From assembly GCF_030028105.1 (NCBI RefSeq), contig NC_092389.1:14185180-14249179 (forward strand): a DNA stretch of 64,000 nucleotides. Direction: 5' to 3'. Each line of letters opens with the position of its first letter. Position 1 is the first letter of the stretch. This document shows, one piece after another, positions 25,835 to 38,892 of this stretch. The position numbers were made by a program, and so were the translations under genes. Below the pieces are notes generated by a model, which was not told the DNA's origin, ran no database searches, and worked only from the letters and a program-made list of their open reading frames with translations. The DNA is from Mobula birostris (Eukaryota).

Positions 25835-26598
25835 GTGAGTATTCTGGGTGGAGCTCCAGCACAAAATGAACTCTCGGACTGGGAATGCACCGACAGAACA
25901 ACACAAGCTCAGTGTTACATTGATTAATCCCTTCCCAACAGGTGTCTCCTGCCCCAAATACTGTGGCTTGGACTCGCTTCACTAGATACGGTTTGAATCC
26001 TGTGCCACACAAACTGCATGTCTCTGGCAAGACCAGCATTAGAGTCATTGAGTTAGAAAGCACAGAAACAAGTCTTTTTGCCCAATTCGTCGATGCTAAG
26101 CTAGGAGTCTCCCTGAGCAATCTCCTTTGCCTGCATTTGGCCAATATTCCTCTTACTCTATCCTAATCACACCCACCGCCACCACTCCTTCTGGCAGCTC
26201 GTTTCAGATACCCCTTGCCCTCTGTGTGGGAAAGCTTGCCTCTCATATCATTTATAAATTGTTCCCTCTTGCGCTAAACCTGCGCACGCTAGTTTTGTGG
26301 ACACAGCTCAGCACATCACAAAGGCCAGCCTCCCCTCTCTGGACTCTGTCTAAACTCCTCATCTCGTTAGTAAAGCAGCCAGCATTTTAAAACAATATTT
26401 TTATTAAATTCTACCTATATTTCACATATACAAATAAACTATAATAATTAAACTAAATAGTGAAACATGTCATTATGTTTTTCACCATCAAAGGAAAAGA
26501 AATATAACATTACACATATTTCACATATTTAACAAAACAAAATAAAAACACATCAGGAAAAAAAAACCATTAAAAGCACTCAACAACACACAGCTATT

Positions 26599-29500
26599 TC
26601 AAAATGACTGTGCACCTTGACGTCCAAGAAAGTCCAATAAAGGTTTCCACACATTTTCAAATTCTCCTGCCCTTCCTCTGGTTATGTAAGTCAGTCTCTC
26701 CAATATAATACAAGATGCCATCTCCTTCACCCATACATGTATGGAAGGTATATCCATTTTTCTCCAAGATAAATTTATCATCCTCCTGGCCTGCAGGAGT
26801 CCAAAGTCAATTAAAGTTGACTGTTTTGAACTAACGGAAAAGTTTTTTGGATATATACCTAGTACACACATTTTTGCTTGGTGAGGCACCTTTATTCCAA
26901 CAATCTCCGATATAGTCTGAACAACTATTTTCCAGTATTTTTTAAATTTTGGACAGTCCCATACACAGTGAAATAGAGTACCTTTTTCTTCTAAACATTT
27001 AACACAAGTGTCTGGGATGTCAGGGGACCAATGGTTCAGTTTGACCAGGGTAATATAAGTTCTCATTAACCATTTGTATTGTAATAGCTTCATTCTCCTG
27101 TTAATTGATTTTTTGGGCTTTTAAGCACGCCATTTCCCACTCAGTTTCTTGTATGTCCTCTTGAACATCCATTCTCCATGCCTCTAGCCTGTCAATGGTG
27201 GACTCCTTATCATATGACATCAAAGCTGTATAGAATAAAGAAATCTGACTCCTCCCCGTTAGGTTTCAAAGCGTAAGAGTTTCAAGATGTGATAGTGGTG
27301 GGTCAGATATTAAATGCTTATATTTTGATAATATGAAATGTTTCAGTTGCAAATATTTAAAAAGTGTTTTTTAGGAATATGGTGTGTCTGACACAATTGA
27401 TCAAATGTCATAAGATTACTATTCATATAAAGGTCCTCTATTTTCTGCACACCTTTGTCTGCCCAGATTGTGAAACCACCATCTGCTCTTCCTGCCCTGA
27501 AGTATGTGTTGCCCCATACCAGGGAGAAGCGAGAAATGGGAGGAGTATCTTTAATATGCTGATGTGCTTTATACCAGATGTCAATAGTATTTTTGAGGAA
27601 AGGGTTCTCAGTTGTTCTTTTCAGATTTCTGAGGTCTGCAGAGTATAGACAGAGCTATAATGGGAGGTTTGGTACTGATGCCTGTTCCACACTCACCCAG
27701 GCTGGAAGGGCCTCCATTGAGAAATAAAACAATGCAGAACGTAACTGAGCAGACCAATAATACCATTTCAGGTTCGGGAGCCGTAGCCCTCCCCTTTCAT
27801 ACGGCAGATATAGCAGCCTAAGTCTCAGTCTAGATTTTTTATTATTCCAAATGAATTTACTAAAGATACTATTAAGCTTATCAAAAAATAATTTTGGTAG
27901 TGGGAGAGGAAGTGATTGGAAAAAGGTATAGAAATTTTGGTAATATATTCATTTTGATCATATTTGTATGGCCATTGATATGGGCATTGTTATTTATCGA
28001 TCCAACATCTCCTTCACTTCGCCCACTAGTGGGTCATAGTTTGTAGGGACGATCGTTTTAATTTCAGGAGTAATTTTGACACCAAGGTACGTTTGTAGGT
28101 AAATCCTTCCTAAATGGGGCTTTTATGACTGGTTTCAATCTTTCTTCTTTGTTGATGATTTTGAGTTGTTAATGTTATAACCAGAGAACTGTGCAAACAA
28201 TTCAATCTGTTGCACTAAGTTTGGAATACTGACGGATAAATTTGTTAAAAAAAGAATCACGTTGTCAGCATATAAGGATATTCTATGTTCCTGTTCTCCT
28301 AACTGGACGCTCGACAGGCTTGTCTGCGTTCTTATTGCCATAGCCAGGGGTTCTATGGCCAGTATAAACAACATTGGTGACAAAGGGCATCCCTGGCGAG
28401 TAGATCGTTCCAAGTTGACTGGTTTAGAAACTATATATTTGTTAAGACACTGGCTATTGGGTTTGTATATAAATTCTGAATCCATTTAAGGAAGTTCTTT
28501 CCAAATCCAAATCTAGGCAATACATTAAATAAATATGGCCATTCTATTGTATCGAAGGCCTGCCAAGCATCCAGTGATAATACTGCTGTATCTTTAGCAT
28601 CAAATTTTTCATGAATTATGTTAAGAACTCTTCTACTATTATGGAATCCTTGGCGTTTTTGCACAAAACCATTCTGATCATTATGAACTAGATGTGGAAT
28701 ATAAGGATCTAATCTTCTTGCTAAGGCTTTACAAAGTATTTTTGTGTCCGATCCAGTTAGACTTATCAGTCTAAATGAGGAACATTCTGTAGGCAGTTTG
28801 CCTGGTTTCAGGATCAGCGTTATCATTGCCAGCCTTAAGGAGGGTGGGAGAGTTCCATTCCGATAAGATTCGTCATGCATATTTAAGAGTGGGACAGTAA
28901 TTTTTCTTGAAATGTTTTGTAGAATTCAATTGGTAGGCTGTCAGGCCCTGGTGCTTTACCACTGTTAATACTTTGGATAGCCTGTGATATCTCTTCAATT
29001 GTTTTCCCTCTATCTAACTCCTTTTTTGCATCTTCTGTCAGTGTCTGGAATTGAAACTGATAAAGAAATGTGTCCCGTTCTTCTGAGGCTTGGGGGCATT
29101 CTGATCTATATAAATGTTCATAAAATTCTCTAAAAATGTTATTAATTTCCAGTGGGTCTACTGTTAGGCTTCCTGAAGAGGTTATTCTACTGTTAATTGC
29201 TCTATCAGACTGTATTTTTTTAATTCTCCACGCCAAGAGTTTCCCAGCTTTTTCTCCTTGATCGTAATAAGATTGCTTCAGCCACATTAAACTTTTTGCA
29301 GCTTTATCAGCAGATAATTTATTATATTTGGCTCTCAAAGGTAGCAAATCTCTTTGTTTTGTTGGATCATCCCTTTGTTTTGTTGGATCATCCCTTTCAT
29401 TTAGTTCTATCTCTAAAGATTTAATTTGTTTTTACAAAGTTTCCATCTCTGTTTTTTGCTGTTTGGCCTTAAAGCTTGTGTAGCTAATGATTTCTCCTCT

Positions 29501-30340
29501 AATATATACCTTGAACGCCTCCCATCTCGTGCTGGCGCTAGTTTGATCTGTATTTAACTCAAAATAACTATCTATTTTAGTTCCCACAAACTTAACAAAG
29601 TCTGGGTTTTGTAGCCATCTCACCTGAAATTGCCAGTTAGGGGGACTGTGAATAAATTTCTCTCTATGAATACTTAATGAAATAGCAGCATGGCCGCTTA
29701 TTGCTATGCCATCATACCAGCAACTTTTAATCTTTGATAAGAGCTCTCTTGAGACAAGAAAATAATATGAGAACGAGATTTACATATACTTGAATGGCAA
29801 GAGTATTCTATTTTGCCAGGGTTTTGTTCTCTCCATACTTCAACCAAATTTATATCCACAATGTATTGTTTTAGTAACTTTCTAGTTTGTGCCTTATAGG
29901 TATCACAGCCTGTAGAGCGATCCATTGCTGGGTTTAAAGTACAATTAAGGTCTCCTCCAATGATATAAAAGCCTCGTAAAGTGGACACAGTAAGGAAAAA
30001 ATCTTCAAAAAATTTGGGATTATCCTCATTTGGGCCATATATTGTGACTAGGTTTAATGTGAAAGAAAGGATTTTACCTTGCTTAATAACATACCTTCCG
30101 GCTGAGTCTTGAATTGTTTTTATAGTTTGAAATGGTATCGTTCTATGAATAAGAATAAGTACACCTCTAGCATAGTTGTTGTATGTTGCATAGATTACTT
30201 GGCCTGGCCGTCTATTCCATACCAGTTTAATATCTGAGACTGTCAGATGGGTTTCTTGAAGAAAAATTATTTTGGACTTAAGCTGTTTGATCCTATTTAT
30301 AACCTGTTTCAATTTGGTTAACTCCTTTGGTCCCCTATAA
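26599..30340 (-). pseudogene. L1 ORF2p (endonuclease and reverse transcriptase), broken by frameshifts and stops
   Basis: Motifs FLQETH, GGDLN, KAPGPD, QNGFV, LSLDA..AFD and RQGCPLSP are spread over several frames. Confidence 0.9.
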
Positions 30341-30527
30341 CATTCCAGCTTGTGACTTTTATATTAAAGATATTCTGAGTGCTCGTTTGTTCCATATATA
30401 GTACATGTCAATTATACCAGGAAAAGGAGTGAGAAATATTACTGCTGTGTTGGGTGCATGACATACATATAGAAAAAGAAAAAACACATATACATTTACA
30501 CATATAGACATTTGAACTCTTGAATGT

Positions 30528-30684
30528 TCAGATATGGCCCTTGTGGCTAAAGGGATCAGGGGGTATGGAGGGAAGGCAGGTACAGGGTTCTGAGTTGGAT
30601 GATCAGCTATGATCATACTGAATGGTGGTGCAGGCTCGAAGGGCCGAATGGCCTACTCCTGCACCTATTTTCTATGTTTCTATG
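30528..30684 (+). mobile_element. 5'-truncated CR1 3' end inserted in the L1 inter-ORF spacer
   Basis: Near-identical to 20248-20400 and ends in the ttctatgtttctatg tail. Confidence 0.85.
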
Positions 30685-31375
30685 AATTCCCCCTCCCTTA
30701 CTCAAAACAAAAAACTATACGGCTTGTGCTGATCCATTCTGTGGAAGAGCAGCCAACTGTGTGAACCTAACTCCATCGGCAACTAGTGATGCCCATCAAC
30801 CATGCACCTTATTATATCTTGAACGTTATATACTCAACCCACTTAGCATAGAAATAAAATCAAAGTAGCCACTGAACTATATGCCAGTATTGCCTATTTT
30901 AAATGTTCGTTCAGATCTATGGAGTTCCATCTCAATAGAATTAAGGTTTCAACAAAAATGTTATAAATAATGAAAATAGGCAAAATAATAAAGCTAATCT
31001 GGCGGCATAAACAACCTCTTAAATACAGTATCTTTTCAAGACTAGAATAAAAGAGGCTAAAGTGGCAGTTCTAGAAAAAGAAAAATAAAGGAAGGAAAAA
31101 AAATGTCTTCTGGGACTCAGTGCAGGCTTATACCTGTTAAGCAGTCAGTATCAGCTGATTCTCATGGGTATGGAAGTAAACAAATCTGACCACTGCCTTA
31201 ATCAGACCCCTCAGGTGTGTCCTCGATGGAAATGTTCTGCCTCTGCATCTGGTGATGTAAACGGGAGTATTTTCCCATTGTGAAGGACCCTCATCTTGCA
31301 TGGCTTATGTTGAAATCCGCGGAATGTTCCTTTTTCGACAAGCACTCTTCTGACCGTGTTGAACTCATTTCGCTG

Positions 31376-31978
31376 TCACATGGTCTCAGCTGAGAGGTCC
31401 TGAGCGAAGAAAAGCTTGTTTCCCTCATACATGATATCACACTGTTTAGTGAAGTGAAACTCCCGATCCTGAAATCTCAGGAACTGAATGAGAACCGCTC
31501 TGTTCTGGTTTGGTTTCGGCGGTGCGAGAGTTCGGTGAACTCTTTCTAGAATGAAGGATCTGTCGGTGTCCAGCTCCAGCCAGCACGGCAGCATGTTTTG
31601 TATAAACTCCAGCAGAGGTTGGTTTCCCTCAGTGCCCTCCCGGAGGCCGAACAACCACAAGTTTTCCCTTCGACTCCGATTCTCCAGGTCTTCAGTCTTG
31701 GATTCCAAGTGGGCGATTCGTTTCATGGCATTGGTTAGTTCAGTCTTGTTCTTTTCCAGGTGCTCCTCTGTCGTCATTATTCGTTTTTCAGCCTCTTCCA
31801 TCCGTGTGGTATTAGAAGCAACATTTCGTTTCACCCCCGACATCTTGTTTTCCAAGACAGCGACAGAGCTGGCCATCTTACCTAGGCGGTCATCTATACT
31901 GTCCAGTTCTGATCCAAATCCTCCAAGCTCAGAGTGAAGTAACTTTAGTTCAGCTAGAACTGCCGTTAGCTCCGTCAT
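31376..31978 (-). pseudogene. L1 ORF1p fragment (coiled coil plus LENRSRR.N motif)
   Basis: Heptad-rich segment followed by KTEDLENRSRRENLWLFGLREG, typical of L1 ORF1. Confidence 0.85.
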
Positions 31979-34256
31979 GTTACTAGTAGCTTCCTCATCT
32001 TGCTCTGTTGATGGAGTGTTGATTTTCAGTTTTTGGGAGCCGCGTCTTCAGGTGAAGATATCACAGTCCTTGATTGTAGTCATTTTTGACATAGTCCGGG
32101 TTCAGTTGGTATTGTTAACTTAGGGTTTTAAAGCTGTTTAGTGCAAGGTCGTACGCAGCCTCCACGTTAAGCTGCCATCTTAGATCATGGCTCCAAAGCA
32201 CCCCCAAAGCAGCCAGCATATTCAAGGACCCCCCCTCCATGCCAGACATTCCCACTTCTCCTATCTCCCATTGGAGGAATAGATACAAAAGCCTGAAAGC
32301 ACCTACCACCACACTCAAGGGACAGCTTCTAATCCCACTGTTCTTAGACTCTTGACTGGGCCTTTTGTACGATAAGATGGTCTCTTGGCATTCACATCCT
32401 ACCTCATTATGATCTCGCACTTCATCCTTTACATGCACTGCACTTTTTTGAGTTGCCTTTTGCACTTTATTCTGCGTTCAGTTATTGTTTTACCTTGTTT
32501 TACCTCAACACACTGTGTAATGATTTGATCTGTATGAACAGTATGCAAGACAAGCCTTTCCCTCTATCTCAGTACATGTGACAATTTGAGACAATAAACC
32601 AATGGATTCCTTACCTTGGGTAAAAGACTGTGACTATCCACCTTATGTATGCCCATCATAATTTTATAACCTGTTTTGTCACCGCACCCCCAACTTCCTT
32701 TGTTCCAAGGAAAAAAGTTCCAGTCTGTCCGGTTTTTCCTCATAAATCAAGCCCTTCAGTCCTGTCATCGTCTTTGTGAATATTTTCTCCACCCTGTCTG
32801 ACTTAAATTGTCCATCTCTAACTGCCTTTGAAGGTGGAGGTGGACCACTGTTGCAGCCCTTTGAGTGAATGTATTTCCCTGATGTTTCTGGGCAGGGAGT
32901 TCCAAAATTTAGACCCGGCAGTGATAAAGGGCCATTAATGTATTTGCAGATCAAGATGGTGTTCTTGAGTTGCTGACTTCCCATGCACCTATTCACCTTG
33001 TCTTTCTCCATGGTAGTGGCTTGGGTTTGGAAGGTCCTGCTGAAGCAGAGCTTCCCAACCTGGAGTCCACTGACCCCTTGGATAATGGTAAGGATCCAAA
33101 GCATATATATATTAAAAAAAATGGGAAACTCTGTTCTAGAGTAACTGTAGTGCATCTTATAGATAATAAACTGTGGCCTAGTGGTGGAGGGGATACTTGT
33201 TTGGGGCTGTGGATGGGGTGGTAAAATCATAAGACCTAGGAGCAGAAGTAGGCCACTCAGCCCATCATCTGCTCCACCATTCCATTATGGCTGATTTATT
33301 ATCCCTCTAAATTCCATTCTCCTGCCTTCACCCCAAAACCTTTGATACCCTGACTAATCAACCTCCACCTTAAATACACTCAATGAGTTGGCTTCCACAG
33401 CCATCTGTGGCGATGAATTTCACAGATGAACGCAATCCAGCTTGTCTTCCACCCAGAGAACGCTGGATGACAGGCCTCTGCTCCCTCCCACACCAGCGTC
33501 TCCAGGCAACTGTCAAGCACTCCGTCATGAAGGAGTCCTGTATTCCACCATATCGAAGGAAGGATGTGCTGGCATCTGAGAGGGTCCAGAGGAAGTAAAG
33601 ACCTTGGGGTGTCAGAATGGGAGTCGCTCACCACAAGATACCTACTTTGGGAGATGAGAAATTTTAATTGTAGTGAATTATAATTTGGAGTGCCCTGTCT
33701 GAGGGAATATGGAAACAGAGGCCAAAGTCTCCTATAAAAACGAATCTGATGAACAATGGTAAAGGAAGAGATTTTACGCACTACTGCAAGAATGGGATTA
33801 ATTGCATTACCGAAGATGGAACATAATGAACAAAATAACTGCTTTGTTAAGGGGGAGAGAAACAGGAGCAGCAGTGGGCTGAGAAAGGAGGGCTAATGAC
33901 TTGTTTACAAGTAAAATCTTCCACACTCTCCCATTCATTTCATGCCTTATTATGGTCGTCCCTTAACCATGGAATATTCTGTCCCTGAATCAGTGTGTTG
34001 TGTAGTCACTTCTCCCTGTGCACCTAACAAGGAGTGGTTAGATATTGCACAAAAATCCCTCTGCACTGCCCCACGTGTCAAACTAATTCCAGTGCAGGCA
34101 CAGCACTGGTTAGATTCAAAAATCCTTTATATTGTCACACCAAAGATTCTGAGGGCAGGAACAGCATTGGTTAGGGACAAAGTGAAGTTCCTCGAGCACC
34201 ATGCTAATGGGGATACTGCCCAGGTTAAGTGAATCAGCTTCTCTTTCTCTCCATAG

Positions 34257-34467
34257 GTCCTGTATTATCTTGAGCAGCCGTATGCAACTTCAAAGGGACG
34301 GTTTAAGGAACGGGTGGTGTGGTCAGGAAACATCTGGAGAAAAGATGTATCGATTACCATCATTGATCTACAGTTTTCAGACAATGGAACCTTTACGTGT
34401 GCCGTGCTGAATCCCCCTGATGTGGACCTGGTCTTTGGTGAAATCAAACTTAACGTTGTGCATAAAG
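34257..34467 (+). CDS. MPZL2: MPZL2 exon 3, second half of the Ig V domain (VLYYLEQPYATSKGRFKERVVWSGNIWRKDVSITIIDLQFSDNGTFTCAVLNPPDVDLVFGEIKLNVVHK)
   Basis: Acceptor ctctttctctccatag| and donor AAAG|gtttgt. Contains the P0-family motifs GRFKERV.W.GN, DNGTFTC and NPPDVD. This frame is absent from the ORF track. Confidence 0.95.
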
Positions 34468-35059
34468 GTTTGTTTTAAGTTGCCCCTATTGTGAGCCTAG
34501 CATACTTCCCAATATTACATGGGTGGAGTTACAATGCATTTTAGCTCTTAATCTGCTGTTTTGCTTCATTACATGATAAAAATGAATTAGAGGTGAATCT
34601 GCTGGAACACAGTGACATTTGCAGGCTGCGCCCAGCACACCCTCGGCACAAAAGATGCGTTTCCCAGTATGATTCGATGTTTCAATGTACGTGTGGCAAA
34701 TAAAGCAAATTTTTAAAAAATAAACCTGAACTCCTTTCTACATCAGGGAAAGCTGGATAGTGGTCCAGACCGGAATGGGGCTGTTTCAGACTATTTCTGA
34801 CATCTGTCTGCCTGGATTGAGTTTGGGAACCTGTCTGGGTTCAGAGAATTCATTCAAATTCAGTAATGTATTCTCATGATGCGCTCTCTCTCTGTGTCTT
34901 GCACCTTATCTTCCACCTGCATCGCACTTTCTTGGTAGCGTTTGTATCACATCAACATATTGATGTGATGAAATTAGCTGTATGGATGCATGCAAAACAA
35001 AGATTTTCACTGTACCTTCGTGGTGTGGCCATAATAAACCATTTTGCCCAATCCCACAG

Positions 35060-35240
35060 TCACTTACTCAGAGATGCTGATCCTGGGGATTGTGATCGGA
35101 GGAGCGACAGGACTGGTGATCCTGATCGTGGTCGTGATGGTTACTGTGCAGCTCTGCCGGAAATCGGGGCATTTCATAGACGACGAGGAAATGATGCAGG
35201 AGCCACAGAAAGGGGAACTAGAATACAAACACAAAGATGG
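35060..35240 (+). CDS. MPZL2: MPZL2 exon 4, transmembrane segment and cytoplasmic tail (VTYSEMLILGIVIGGATGLVILIVVVMVTVQLCRKSGHFIDDEEMMQEPQKGELEYKHKDG)
   Basis: Acceptor cccacag| in phase 1 and donor GG|gtaagg in phase 2. A long hydrophobic helix is followed by CRK. Confidence 0.92.
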
Positions 35241-36316
35241 GTAAGGAGCAACACTCTACCTCTCTCTGTAGAAGGGTGACATCAGGTCCCGATGCCTCAG
35301 AGTCCACAGGTAAAGCTCTTGTTGCTTTGTCCTCTCAACAGCCTCGTTTTGGGTCATCTGGCAATTAATCTGGGGTTTAGAAAAGAATATGAAAGTCATT
35401 GAGTTCCCCCCACCCCCACAACTGTCTCCCCTCTCCCCCCCACGTTTTCCCTCAGCTCTCACCTCTACCGTTTGTTCTCTAACCCCTCTTATTTTTGCCA
35501 CCTCACCCTTTCGTGCCTTCCTTCCTTCCTTCCTCTATTCTCGCTCTTCCCACTCCCGATTAATTCCCAAATTTCTCCAACTGCTAAAATATAACTTGCG
35601 ATCTTTCCACCACGAGGGAACAGAAATACCAAGGCCCTGTTCTCAAATGCCGCGGTTTACAATATTTAAAGTGGACAAACCAACAAGCAAGAATCAGCAG
35701 CATTAAGATTTGCAGAGGCTTTGTGGCTCAGTCCTGGTGTGGATTCCTAAAGGGAAGTTGTGTGAACCCATTTTCCATCACTTAAGCGGGCTTTCCAGAT
35801 TTGGGTATGTATTTTTTGGAGTTTAGAACTAGTGGTGATCATATCGAAACATAGAAGATCCGAAGGGGTCACGAGAGGGGAATTGTTTTCAATAGTTGGA
35901 GAGTCTCGAATGAAGTGATGATCGTTTAAAACAAAGTTAAGTCAACATCACTTCTCTCAGAGGAGAGTGAATCTCTGGAATTCTCTACTTCAGAGGGTAG
36001 AGGAGGCAAATTGTTAGAGGTGCTTACAATGGCAGTTGATAAATTTTTGAAAGATCAAAAGACTGAAGGCCATGAAGATCTGGCACAGAGGAGTTGAGGC
36101 CTAGGGTTGATCAACTATGATCATACTGAATGGTGGGCCAGGCTTTGGGGACCAGGTGGTCAACCCCCCTGCTCTTGTTTTCACTCCCATGAACTTGCCG
36201 GGCTCTGCATCCTAGGCCTCGAGTCTTGGTACTCCCTGAAATACCAGTTGCCAAGGTCATGGGTTGATCCTGTTCACCTGCTTCTCCTTCATCTTCCCTC
36301 TGTATTCTTTTAACAG

Positions 36317-36339
36317 TACGGAAATGGAGAAGTTAAATG
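36317..36339 (+). CDS. MPZL2: MPZL2 exon 5, 23-nt micro-exon (TEMEKLN)
   Basis: Acceptor tgtattcttttaacag| and donor AATG|gtgaga. Phase 2 in and phase 1 out join exons 4 and 6 in frame. Confidence 0.7.
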
Positions 36340-36479
36340 GTGAGATGATTTTTGCGGAAGAGGCCAAGTCAGCAAGGGTTCTCTGAAGACTGACAGAGTA
36401 AGGTACCTGACTCAGCAGTTTGTTTTATAAAACACCTATAGCCCATGACCCAGTGTGATCTTTCCCACCAGCCACATCT

Positions 36480-36840
36480 CAGCTGGTAAATCATAGGCTC
36501 GAAGCCTACTCCTGAGACTGTGCGAGCACTGCCAGAGAAACTATTGATGAGGTAATTCACTGTTTCTGGAACAGCACTGAGGCATAGCTGGGATTTGGGT
36601 AAGAAATTCTGACCTTTTAGACTGCTGTAAAAGATCCTCCGGTTTTTGAAGAAAAGAGGTATTCCTGACTCAGTGAAAGGCCAATATTTTTGTTCCCTGA
36701 ACTAACATCACTGAAACAGGTTTGCTGTGTGTAATTTATCCGCTTTATTTCCTGCACTGCAACGGTACTGTGTTGAATGTGAAGCACTTCGTAATGTCAT
36801 ACCATGCCATAAAAGTTACTGTAGAAATCAAGACTTCCTT
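36480..36840 (+). mobile_element. Old Deu-domain SINE (SacSINE1/AmnSINE1-like); other remnants at ~3540-3730, ~15190-15330 and ~47075-47210 (-)
   Basis: The gtaaaagatcc...tttgaagaa...ggccaatattt...aacatcact...gaagcacttt pattern resembles the Deu core. Recognised from memory and strongly diverged. Confidence 0.5.
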
Positions 36841-37451
36841 TGCTTCCCCATGCTGCCACCCTCTACTGCACCCCTCACCCCACCTTTCCCATACGGCCCC
36901 ATACTGGCCTGCTGAAGTGCTAGCACATGTGGGAGAATCCTTGTTGTTGTGTTCCTTCCCCTTTCCATACCCATCCCTACCCTGGTTGCAACTGAATTTC
37001 AATTTGCATTTGAAAACTATCATGTCTCTCCCCCTCTGTGCCTTGCCAAATTCCCACTTGCTTTTTAGGATTGCAATCCCACATTGGGATGGGAATTCCA
37101 GTGCCTTGCTGAAGGTGTACATGCCAAGAAGTTGTTGGCTAGGTAATGGAGAACTTTGGAGAGAGGGGTCAGTCACAGTGCAGTCCTGTCCAACCCTTTA
37201 TCATTCTTAGCACCTCTGATTAGTTCTCAGCCTTTGAAACTCAAGGGAATGAAGTCTGTTCTCCTTAGAACTAAAGAAATTCCCCATATAGGATCTGACC
37301 AGCACCAAGATCCATAACTCCCAGTATTCCCAGAGCTTCACTGGCAAGATTACTCAACCCTGGCTAACCTTCAGTTGGAGAAGATGCTCCCATATTACTG
37401 TTGGGTTGGATATCCTGGATTTTGATCCCGTGACCAGCTGGTGTAATGTTA

Positions 37452-37605
37452 CAGGTCGACCTTCACTAATCTGGCTACCTGTAATCCAGTTCCTTCGATA
37501 ATCCGGCACTGATTATGCTTAATGTGACCCTTCTGTAATTCGGCATTTTCATTAATCGGGCACTCCTCAGATCCCAATGGTGCCAGATTTGTGAAGGTCG
37601 ACCTG
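37452..37605. mobile_element. 154-bp pogo/Tigger-like MITE
   Basis: TIRs caggtcgaccttcactaatctggc / gccagatttgtgaaggtcgacctg, with TA on both sides. Confidence 0.88.
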
Positions 37606-37743
37606 TAGTGAGATGTTGGTGATCCACGGTTTCTGGCAAACCTGGGAGAGCAAAAAATGCATCTGATGCTCCTGAAATATCAAACATAACTGTAACCATG
37701 GACCCTCTGTCTTTTATAAAATGGTGTTCTTTGTCTTTTCCAG

Positions 37744-37766
37744 ATCAGTTGCAGAACAAAGTTTAA
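37744..37766 (+). CDS. MPZL2: MPZL2 exon 6, C-terminus DQLQNKV* followed by a ~1.1-kb 3'UTR
   Basis: Strong acceptor tctttgtcttttccag| and in-frame TAA at 37764-37766. The total CDS is 657 nt (218 aa), the typical MPZL2 size. Confidence 0.7.
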
Positions 37767-38886
37767 TTTTAACAAGAGAAGAAGCAAGATTTTAAAATAT
37801 ACCTCGTGTCTCTCACCTTCTATAGAGGGAACATTTCAGACTATTATCCTCCTGCTGTTCAGCACTTCATGCCTGATGCTGAAGTCATTACATTAACAGT
37901 GTTATCCTTAAACCCAGAGACCAACATCGGTCTGTTGCAGGTAGCTGAGGCCCAAAGCATGCCAGGAATCTAGCGACTCCGTCAGAGAATAATCCAGGCA
38001 CAAGAAATGTAACGGTCACATCACTGGAATATTAATCCACAAAATTTGAATTTTAAATCTCACCAGAGAAATGTGAGAATAGAAAATTTTAAAAGAAAGA
38101 TTCTGATGGAGGCAATGCTAAAGCTGCTGGATGTTTGGAAAATTCAACAGGTTTATGAATATTCTTTAGAGAAAGGAACATGCTGTTCTTTCTCACATTA
38201 GTTCTATATGTGACTCTAGCTTGATGTTACTTCTTTTTAACTGTCCTCTGAATGAGCTACTAAATAGTATCAAAGGCAGCTTCCCAGGCACCAGTATTTC
38301 CAAACGAAGGTCTGCCATGTTTGCTGGACATCCAGGGCTGGACAATAAACACCAGCTTTGCCTGACAGCACGATCAAGCTCTAGATTTGGAGATTCTTCA
38401 CCGCAGTGAGATCCCTACACAGAGCAGCTTTATCTGCTGATCTGCTGCATTCCCTTTCTTCAGTTTACTTGCCTCCATCCTCTCCAAGAGGCAGTAACTT
38501 GCTGAGTTTGAGACTGCTGGAAACCTATGGGCCTTTTGTACTATAGAAACTCCTCAGCTGCTGCCCCAATGACGATCCCAAAATAATCCAGGTTCTGCTC
38601 CTGAGGTCCAAGGCAATAATCAAGAGTTATTAATGGAAATTATTATGTCTCTCTGATTTTCTTTTCAATTTTAAAGCGATTCAGGATCTCGGTTTAGTTC
38701 TCCCTTTAAAGTTAATACAGAATGGGGAAGATCGTTACAACAGCTGAACATCTGTTACTGATCTGTAAATATTAAAGCAAACTTGAACACTTTTTAAAAT
38801 TGCTCTTAAAAGATGTATAGATTTGTATTTAATTGTTGATAAATTTCTTGTATGTGAAATGTATTTTCACGTTTGCAATTGCATAA

Positions 38887-38892
38887 AATAAA
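38887..38892 (+). terminator. MPZL2 polyadenylation signal
   Basis: AATAAA preceded by several TGTA elements and followed by a GT-rich tract (ggtgttggtatttggttg). Confidence 0.6.

Larger units (their letters stand above)
26386..32205 (-). mobile_element. Full-length, decayed L1-clade LINE in MPZL2 intron 2 (antisense)
   Basis: 14-bp TSD aaagcagccagcat (26372-26385 and 32206-32219). The 5' end reads GGGGGTGCTTTGGAGCCATGATCTAAGATGGC. ORF1 coiled-coil fragment at 31376-31978, APE endonuclease at 29704-30312, RT fragments at 28135-29623 (RQGCPLSP, YAD), and C-terminal CxxC..HC..C at 26599-27093. Confidence 0.93.
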
